Virus record (IMG/VR): IMGVR_UViG_3300042197_002946
Location: 32,001-96,000 of that record
DNA length: 64,000 nt
From: a virus
Direction: 5' to 3' (one strand)
Part shown: positions 8,883-18,900 of the stretch, in pieces
Layout: each line of letters begins with the position of its first letter
Position numbering within the stretch: the stretch's first letter is position 1
Translations under genes and position numbers: made by a program
The notes under the pieces: generated by a model
What the model saw: only the letters and a program-made list of their open reading frames with translations
Told to the model about the DNA's origin: nothing
The model's database searches: none

Positions 8883-9801
8883 GACTTTTAAGATTAAGAT
8901 ACAAGATAATGAAGTGGAATTCTTAGTTAAGACACCATCCATCAACGACCAAAGAGAAGCTCAGAAGATTTATAATCAAGCTTTTACAGACGCTATTAAA
9001 TCTAAATGCGTGGTTAGAGCTAAGATGGACGATCTCCTAGAGGAACAAGGACTATGGAATCAGGACAAGCAGATAAAGTTCAATAAGCTGCAACAGGATA
9101 TTTTGGATTCTGAGAGAAAACTCGCCAAAGGCGGTATCTCACTGAAAGAAGCTAGAAATATTGCTATTCAGATGAAAAGAGATAGAGATGAAATTCGTTC
9201 ACTAATCGCCGTACGAACCTCACTAGATAATCATAGCGCAGAAGGACAGGCAGATAATGCTAGGTTTAACTACTTGGTATCTGTCTGCTTGGTGTATAAT
9301 AATGTCGAGAAACAACCATATTTTAATAATATGGAGGACTATCTAAATAGGTCAAATGAAGAGGTAGCTATCGTAGCTGCTCAGCATCTGGCTTCTATGT
9401 TGTATGGTTTGGATAACGACTATGAATTAAACTTGCCAGAAAATAAGTTTTTGAAGAAGTACAAATTTATTGATGATAAACTAAGATATATTAATAAAGA
9501 AGGTAAGCTTACTGATGCCGATGGTCGATTGGTTGATGAGAATGGAAGGTATGTGGATGAACAAGGTAACTTTGTTGATAAGTTTGGTAACAGAGTGGAC
9601 AAGGACGGAGAGTACGTTGTTGAGACTCAACCATTTTTAGATGATGATGGACAACCTGTTATTTTAGATGAAGATAAAAAAGATGAACCAACACCACAAC
9701 CTATATTGCCAGCTTCAGAACCAGTTACCCAATCTACTGAATCTGCCAAGGCTACACCAGAAACCCCAGCAGCTGTTTCCGAAACAGTTGTCGGTACTTG
9801 A
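8872..9801 (+). CDS. Putative tail assembly chaperone with 7-residue D-x-x-G-x-x-V repeats
   Basis: SD AGGAG at ~8860; directly upstream of TMP; DADGRLV DENGRYV DEQGNFV DKFGNRV DKDGEYV. Confidence 0.55.
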   Translation: MKAKTFKIKIQDNEVEFLVKTPSINDQREAQKIYNQAFTDAIKSKCVVRAKMDDLLEEQGLWNQDKQIKFNKLQQDILDSERKLAKGGISLKEARNIAIQMKRDRDEIRSLIAVRTSLDNHSAEGQADNARFNYLVSVCLVYNNVEKQPYFNNMEDYLNRSNEEVAIVAAQHLASMLYGLDNDYELNLPENKFLKKYKFIDDKLRYINKEGKLTDADGRLVDENGRYVDEQGNFVDKFGNRVDKDGEYVVETQPFLDDDGQPVILDEDKKDEPTPQPILPASEPVTQSTESAKATPETPAAVSETVVGT

Positions 9802-9840
9802 TAGTTTGTTGTTAGTTAACTCCTGTATCTGTATACAGCT

Positions 9841-9880
9841 AATAGCACCAGCAGATTTCGGTCTGTTGGTGTTATTTTTT
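9841..9880 (+). terminator. Rho-independent terminator immediately upstream of TMP
   Basis: AATAGCACCAGCAGAT-TTCG-GTCTGTTGGTGTTATT stem (with G-U pairs), then a T-run. Confidence 0.7.
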
Positions 9881-9904
9881 GCATAGATAGGATTTTTATT
9901 ATAT

Positions 9905-12900
9905 ATGGCTAAAGCTTTTAATCTTACAGCAGAATTAAATCTTAGAGGCCCATCTAATCTCAAGCAGATAGCAGCGTCCATTCGTAGAGAGATCGGGACC
10001 GTAGACGCTACTGTTAATGTTAAGATAGACAGAGCGGCCGAAAGATCCATACTTAATAGTGCTAATGCTCTAAATAGATTAAATAGAGAACTTCAGACAA
10101 CAGCAACAGCCTCAGCCTCATCCACCAATAACATCAACAACCTTGTCGCATCATTAAATAGCCTAAGTAATGCTTTGACTGGATCTAATAATTCTATGCA
10201 GCGCATAGTTTCTACATCAGAGCAAACAGCCAGACAAATGTCTCGAATTAGAAAGACGACAGCAGTAGCGCGAGATGAGATGGAAGAGTTTGGTCGTCAA
10301 TCAGCTTTGGCTGTGCGACGTTTTGCTGCCTTTAATTTTGCTACCGGAGTTATTTATGGTTTTTATAATGCAATTTCCAAAGCTTTGGGAGAATTTACAG
10401 AGTTTGATAGACAGTTGGTGCGATTAACGCAAATTACTGGAGAATCTTATAGCGAGCTAAGCAGGATAACAGAAACAATTACTGGATTATCAACCGGCTT
10501 GGGTGTTGCATCAGGAGACCTTATCCGCATATCGGATACATTAGCTCAGGCTGGCTTGAGTGCCAGAGAAACAGACCAAGCATTGAGGGCTTTGGCTTTG
10601 ACGGCTCTAGCTCCGTCCTTCGATGACCTGAATAACACTGTCGAAGGATCTATTGCATTAATGAGACAGTTTAAAATCGGTACTGATGATTTAGCTGGCG
10701 CTCTAGGTTCTATTAACGCAGTAGCTGCTGGTTTTGCTGTTGAGGCCGGTGATATTATTACAGCTATTCAGCGTACTGGTGGTGTGTTTGCCGCAGCTAG
10801 TAAAGGGGTTAGCGAAGGCACCGATGCGTTAAATGAATTTATTGCGGTATTTACTAGTGTAAGAGCCACAACTCGTGAAAGCGCAGAAACAATTGCTACA
10901 GGCTTGAGAACTATTTTTACTCGTATTCAACGAGAAGATACTATTGAGGCATTAAAAGAATATGGAGTTAATCTATTGGATGTAGAAGGTAAATTCGTTG
11001 GAGCTTATCGAGCTGTACAATTACTAAGCGAAGGTCTTGGCAAACTAGATCCTAGAGACGTAAGCTTTTCTAGAATAGTAGAAGAGCTTGGTGGATTTAG
11101 ACAGATTGGTAAGGTGCTTCCGTTGATTCAAGAATTCAGCACAGCACAACAAGCTTTAACAGTAGCTCAAAGAGGGCAAAATTCATTAGCGGCAGATGCA
11201 GCCAAAGCTCAGTCAGCATTAACAGTACAGTTTACCAAGACTAGAGAGTCATTTGTTGCTTTAATTCGAGATATTGGCAGTAGCGATAGCTTTAAAACAC
11301 TTATTAGTTTAGGCTTGACACTAGCTAATACATTCATCAAAGTAGCTGATTTCGCCAAGCCTCTACTTCCCATCCTAACAACCATCGCAGCATTACAAGG
11401 AGCTAAATCGTTAACGAGTTTTGTTGGTGGTTTCGTAGGGGGATTGCGTAAAGTACGTCCGGGAGAAGACGGAGGGGGCGGTGGAGGACCAGCTAATAGG
11501 GCTAGAACTGAAAGATCAGCCGCAGACATTACAGATAACTCTAGATATTTAGACGCCAACACCACAGCTTTGATGGGTCTGGGTACAGCTATGGGGGGTC
11601 TAACAGCAGTTATTAGTCCATTACAAGCTTCTATAGATAATTTGGGTAATGCAGCTATAGCTCAATTAAATAATGAGATTGTTGCTCTGAACAACACTAT
11701 GAGCAGTATTGATCTAGGCGGAGCCGCAACAGCTAAAGATGGTGGCAGAATATTACGTTTTGCTAGAGGAGGAGCTGTTCCTGGTAGCGGACGAGGAGAC
11801 AAAGTTCCGGCCATGCTGGAACCCGGTGAAGTTGTTATGAGCAATCGGGCTGTTAGTAAGTATGGAAGAGGTAATTTGGTAAGGATGAATAAGTATGCAA
11901 AAGGAGGAAAACCAAAAAGAGGAGTTCCTAATCAAGTTAATACTACGGATGTGGTTGATGGAGATACAATTGGTGCAGACATTTTCACCAATCTAACATT
12001 TAGATTTAGCGGAATTGACGCTCCAGAAAAATCTGAACCGCTTGGTGACAAAGCGACATCGGTATTGACTAACAAGAAGTTGAGCTACTTTAATAACAAA
12101 ATCACAAGTGGCGTCGGAGGTAAATCCAGGGGCTTATTTAAAGACGATGCATTAGCTGGCCAAATGATTCGTAGTGGTTTGGCAGTTCCAGATATAAGAT
12201 ATGCTAAGAACAAATTTAGTAGTGATGTTGAAGCAGGTAGAGCAGCAGGACAGGGCTTATGGAATAGTTCGTATGCTAATCATCCTAAAAGATTACAGTT
12301 TAAAGAGCAATACGGATATAGTTTTGGGGGTCAAATTCAAAAATTTATGAGCGGATCAGCCGGAGGAGTTAAGTCTAAACCCGAACCATTCGGTACAGGA
12401 GTCACCAAATTTCCTCGTCGTATAAGTAATGCCTACGCTAAACAGACGGAAAAGGAAAAGACAGATAGACATTTTGATAGACTCATACAAAACAGTCCTA
12501 TTAATGAAAGAATCATGGTTGATGAGGCTATGGAACAGCAGATATCCCAAGGGATGCAGCAGCCATTAGATCGTGAAAAATTTGCAGCGTCTTTTAGACG
12601 AGCTGTTTTAAGAGACGAAATAGCATCCAACATATCTAATTTTGCTAAATTGGTTGGACTTCCACAAGAAGATTTGTCTGTAGTATTACCAAGACAACTA
12701 GATTTTGGCTCTGGTTCTGGTCCTATAGGATCTCGTGGAGGTAGAGATGTTTTAGGTGGGGCTTTTACAACCATTAGTCCTTATGGTAGTCGTGGAGCAG
12801 AAGGCTGGGATCTTAGTGAGTTTGGTTATACTAAGCAGGACGAACAAGACCTATTCGGCTTAGAAAAACTGTTAGAAGAAAAGAAAAAAGAACGTGATAA

Positions 12901-15900
12901 AATACGCAAAACTCCAACACGTACTTTTGATGATGGTAGTTTTAGCTATGATTTGCAAGCCGCTGATAAGGCTAGCGATGAATATAATGCATTAAATAAA
13001 CAGATATATGATATTAGAAAAAAAAGAGATACTGCTATTTCTGCGGCCAACAAAGCTAGAGAAGAAGAAGTTGCATCATCTGGTAGAGCCACATTAGGTT
13101 TTGGTACTAGATTTGGTAAGGCTCAGAACCCTGTATTTTATCACGAATTAACACATCAACTATTCAAAGGATTAAGAGCAAAATCTGCTGATAGTTTTGA
13201 AAAATACAAGCAAAGAGTAACAACATTATTTGAAACCGACAACGATGGTTTGGCAGATGCTTTTGATGCTCTAGGTGCCGGTTATAGTAGTGCTGATGTT
13301 GTTTATGGACGAGCATATAAGCTAGATTTATTAGGAGCTAGACAAAGAGAAGAAATTAGAAAAGATCCAGCAGGAGAAGATGTTAAAAATCTGTCATCTA
13401 TTATTAAGTCTGGAAGTGCAGCTAAAAAAGCAACACAATTTCGCCCAATCAATCCAAGTTTCAATGAGGCTATGCTTAAGTTTTATAGCCAAGAGCATTT
13501 GGATAAGGTTGAAGATAATGGCAAAGAAGAATTCTTAACGACTCTTGTAGAAAAAATGCCGGTGTTGGACCAGCGTTTACAGGGCATATTGGACTCCACG
13601 ATGACAGAATTGTTGGGTGGAGCAGGAATACAGAGACAACAATATTTTGATGGTGGTTGGGTAGAAAGAATGAAAACACAACCAGACGACATATTACGTC
13701 GAGAGCTGCAGATGTTGCATTCTGGCAGTTTTATGCTATCGGTAGGAGAACGAAAAGTTTTAGCAAGTACTTTTGCTGGTCTTGGCAAATATGAAGATAT
13801 TGGAAAAAGAGAATTAGTAGCACGTATGCAGGCTATAAAAGATTATTTAGACGAAAGAGCTATTAACCAAAAAACAAAGTACGCAAAACGCAGAGGTCCT
13901 GGTCTACAAGCTACTGAAAAGTACAATGAACAAGAAATGTTGGATGCTGTTAACTACTATGCTGCTGGTAGTGGTCCTTTCACAAAGGCATTGGTTTCTG
14001 GCGCCAAAACGTTTAAGGAGCCCAGAGGAGAGACCTATAAAACAAAAGATATTAAAGATAGGCTATTAGCAGCTAGTCAATTTACAATCCCAAAGAAAAC
14101 CTATAGTGGTTTAGGACGAAGTCAATTTAGAGAAATATTGAGCGATACAAATACCACTCCCAAAAAACTTGCCACCAAAACAGACGAGACTTTACGAGGT
14201 TTGGTTGGTCAGACTATAGATTTTCCGACATTTTTATCCGTTAGCGCACAAAAAGATCAAGCAGAAGCTTTCGTACAAAATCCTGGAGCATTATTAAGTA
14301 TCGATGGTAGTAGTACAAGTCAAAAAACTATTGATGTTGTCAAAGCAAGAAGAAAAACACAAATTGATGACAGTGCGATTAAATCTAGCAGAAGATTAAA
14401 GGGCATAGAAAACATTAGCGAAAAAAAATTAGATATATACGAAGAAGAACAAGAGTTTATTGTTCCTCCTAATGTTGGTTTTAAAATCACCAAAGCCACA
14501 GGCACAGTTTACCAAGACCTTTCTGCTAAAGACTTAAAATCAAAATCTAAAAAAGCATTATCAGTATTTGATGATATCGATATGTTTTCTGATCCGGATA
14601 TTGATGATTTTGACAAGACTAGGCTCGATATTAAAGTGAATATGTTGAGATCGGGAGGTATTGTTCAAAAGTTCATGGACGGTGGAGTTGCTCAACGTAA
14701 GCTTGGTTATATAGACTATGATGTGATAGCTAATCCGGCTAATGAAGCTGTTGTAGCTAAAGGTATGGAAGCTACTGGAGTTAGCGGTCCTAGATTATAT
14801 ACTGATAAATTAATTGAAATGGCAGTCAAAGCCAGAAAAGAGCAGAGCTTAAATAAGCTTCGAGCTATTTATGGTGTTGCCGGAGCAGGAAAAACCACTA
14901 TGGCTCGTGGACAAGGTACCGACAAAGGAACTCTGCGAGAAACAACAAGATTTCCTATATTAAGTCCAGAGGATATTCATAGAGCCAATGAAATTATTCT
15001 ATTAAGTAGTAGTGTATCGCAAGATAAGTTGGATACACTATTTGCTGATGTAGATAGAGCTTATACTCTTAGTAGTACCACATCTGAAGAAAAAGAAAGA
15101 ATTAAAAGCCAAAGAGCAAGTCGAGACGCGACTGGAGTTGGTTTAGAGGGTCGTACTCCAGGATCAACTACTGGAGTTGCTAGGGATACTGTGGTAGGAG
15201 AAGCATTACTTGCTGATCGTTTAGGCGATAGGTCGGTTGTTCTAGGTCGTACGGAAAGTGGTAGACTAAGACGAAAAAGAGGGGACGAGCTTGTTGAAAT
15301 AGTTAAAAAGCGCATAGGAATGACTTGGGGCGGTTTTGCTCCTATGACAGCAGGACATGAAAGCATATTAGATGCTGCTGCTGCTATGGGCATATCTCCA
15401 GAAGACTTTGTATTTTTAGTAGGTTCTAATGAAAGCATAAAGCTTGGTGATCCATCTTCCTATAGAACAGCAATATTTAATCAAGACGCAAGAGTATTAT
15501 TAGCTAAAGCCGGAGCCGGAGCACGAGGAGCTACCGTAGTACCAAAAGCAGCAGATTTTGAGGTTCCTCTTGGTATAGATATTTCTGAACAAGAAGGCCG
15601 CAGAAAAGTGTTGTTGCCGGGCGAGGGCAGCACAGTTTTTGTTGCAGACAAAACAGAACAACAAACTGCAAAATATCGAGAAGCAGGATATAAGGTTAGT
15701 CATATAGAGCGCACGGGCGGAATTAGCGGCACTATGGTGAGAGATTTGATCATGAGCGGCAACATGGCCGAACTACAAAAGGTCTTAAGTCCAGGAGTTT
15801 ATGACTTAATTTCTAATAATATTGGGCGAATTCAGAATAGAGCTAATGTTTTACCAGATATTATAGAGCAGGTAAAACAAAGTCAGGGAGTTAAATTAGC

Positions 15901-18900
15901 AGAAGTTGAGAGAGCCATTAAGGCTGTGGGTATTAGCAGAATAGACCCAAAGAAGATGGAAGATCCAGAGTATGCTGCTAAAGTGCAAGTTTTAGAAGAG
16001 TTAAGATCACAAAGAGATAAGATTAAAAGATCAGCAGCTTTTGAGCCATACAGATTATTAGATAAATTAGCAGCTTCACAACCAGAACAATACGCTCTTG
16101 ATTTTAGTCAATCTCAGATAGCAACACCAGCGCCAGTACGTACAGTTAAAGACAGAGCCATGGCAGCAGTTGCAGCAGAAACCTCATCGTTGACATCGGT
16201 GTCTTCTGGGGATGCTGGTATCGGTACGGGACAATCCTTATTAGATAATTTGGCCACTAGACTTAAAGCACTAGGAGGAGAATCTGGTCTAAAAGCACTT
16301 CTCAAAGAAGTTGGAGAAGGTATTCCTTTGAATTTACAGAAACAATTACGCACAGACCAGATCAAACGGGGTGTTCTAGATACTGCTCGTGTTACTGGTC
16401 TTATTGAAAAAGCCGAAGAGAGACAGAGACAGAAAAAAGCTGAAAGAGAAGGCACAAGACATGTGGCTATGGCTGGACTACAGCCGTTAGATTATAGCTG
16501 GGACCCTGAATGGGAACTTGCTGATGGACGCAAATATATTGCTACTATTAGAGGATTTAAAAGCTCATATTTACAAGATATACAAAGATTTAGAGATAGA
16601 CAAAAAGCAGCCGCACTAGAATTTGGTAAAGATACAACAGCTACCGAGGCACTAGATCTATTAGGACAAAACACAGTACAAGGACCATCACGACCTCTGG
16701 CTATAGATTTTGATGAGACGTTAGCATTTGGCACAAAAATGTTAGACTCATCAGGTCAAGAAGATATCAGCGCTTATTATGATGAAGCCAGAGTGCGAGA
16801 GGTTTTATCTAAAGCAACACCCACAAGATTAGCACAAAGATTATTAGAGATAGAGAAAGATCAACCTGGTACTGTCAGAGCATATACACGAGTATTAACC
16901 GCACGAGCAGAATCATTAAAGCATTTAGTAACAGAAACACTGAATCGGTTCGGATTACCATATACTGATAGCGATATTACTGGAGTAGGACAAAGGGGAG
17001 ACAACGATAGAGCGATAGCTCGTAAAAAAGCCGATAATCTTAGCACAATAGAAAGATTTATTGACGATAATGAAAAGAACATCTCTGCTGCACAACAAAA
17101 AGGCATACAGTCTTACAGATACTCGGAACCTAAAGCTTTTGAGAATGCCTCCGACTATGAACCTTTTGGCGCTGGTAATATTGAGGGAGCTTTATTAGAA
17201 CAAACTTTGGCTATGAAAATTGGTCGGCCTATAGATTTTGAAGCTCTTGAACAAAATCGTGCTTTAGATTTTCCTAATGGTCTTGGAGCTGCTGCGTCGT
17301 TGTTTGGGCTACCACCCAATATAGAAACAGAAGTTAAGCGCACACTAAATAAGGATAGTTTTACAAAAGCTCGTAGTGAATTCAACAGATACTTTAAAGA
17401 AAATCCCGATAAGTATAATGCTGGTGGGGTTGCAGGATTTGCCGACGGAGGAACTGTACCAGCATTAGTTAGTAACGGAGAAGCTTATGTTCCTCCAAAA
17501 CTTGCTAAAAAAATAGGTTATGGCAAGCTAAACAGAATGAATCAAGCTGACCGTAATGGCATGGGTCGCTTCGCTGATGGGGGCATTAGCGTATTTAAAG
17601 GTCCAGGCAGTGGCACTAGCGATAGTATTCCAACCAGTTTACCAGTAGGAAGTTTCGTTATTAGAGCAAAGGCCACCAAGGCTTTGGGTCTTAATAGAGG
17701 AGGTAGCGTAGGAGTTACATCGCCTCAAAGATTTGAAATGGGCGGAGAAGTACTAACGGCCGCCGAAATGCAAAGACTAGAGTTGGACATGCGTAAAGTT
17801 TTTGAGTCTTTACCTGAACAATTACGAGACTCTATACGCAATTTAGACTTGCCGGATGTTGATACCAGCACATGGAATACCATAGATATTTCTTTAAGAA
17901 AAGTTTTCTTATCAGTAAATAGAAATGTTGATACTCTAGGTAAGGATGTTGTTGAGGCTATGAGAGCCATGACAACTGCTGGTCAAAATGCTTTGCAAAG
18001 TATCGATTTAGATAGAGTGCGCACTAGACAGTCGGAGATAGCTAGTGACAGAGGATATACTCAAGTAGATAAAGATAGGATGAAAGCAGATGTTTCCTTA
18101 GCTAAAGATGCTAGAGGAGCGGTATCAGATCGTAAAAGAAAAAATAGAGAACGACAGGAACAAGGAAAAGCTCCATTTCCGATGTTGGATTTGATGGAGA
18201 TGATGAGATCATCTGTTGGTAGATCTCCAGACCCTATCAGTGTCACTGCCGCTACTCCAGTTCCAGAAGTACAGTCACCATCAAGAGATGCTGAATATTA
18301 TCGTCAGCGCATGAATTATAGTGATGTGTCTGGAAATAAAAATACCCCTATTAGTGATAGAGGCATGGCATATGCTGGAGAATTGACTAAACAAGATGAC
18401 TCTAAAGTTGATGCTCTAGTTAAACAAATGAGAGATATGTTTTCTTCTGCTATGGCTGGGATAGGACAAACTCCGAGCGCTGCTGGACAGAGTGAGAGCT
18501 GGGCAACATGGGATATTGGTAAACAATTATTCATGAATCAGAATCCAGATCAAAGTTCTGACAAGTACCAACTTGGTAATCCTATGCAAGATCCTAAGCT
18601 AGTACTACAAATGGTACAACGCATGGTGGGTTATGAGGTTAGTGGTGGTGGGCAAAGAGAAGGGAAAGCCAACAACATACCATCTTTTGAATTAGTAGAA
18701 ATTGGCGCCAAAGCAATGGCTGAAAGTTTAGGTAAAAACCAAGCAGCTTTGGATGCGTTTTTGAGCTTAGTGAGCGGTATAACCGTAGACGATATTGTCG
18801 GACCAGCATCACCAGGAGCGCCAACGTCACCAACGCCACCAACAGCACCAATTCCACCCACTCCTCCGACTCCTCCATCTGGAGGCTCTCCACCTTCAGG

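Noticed and set aside
9668-9886. Overlapping 72-aa ORF as a frameshifted chaperone extension
   Set aside because: It is in the +1 frame, runs through the terminator hairpin and looks non-protein-like.
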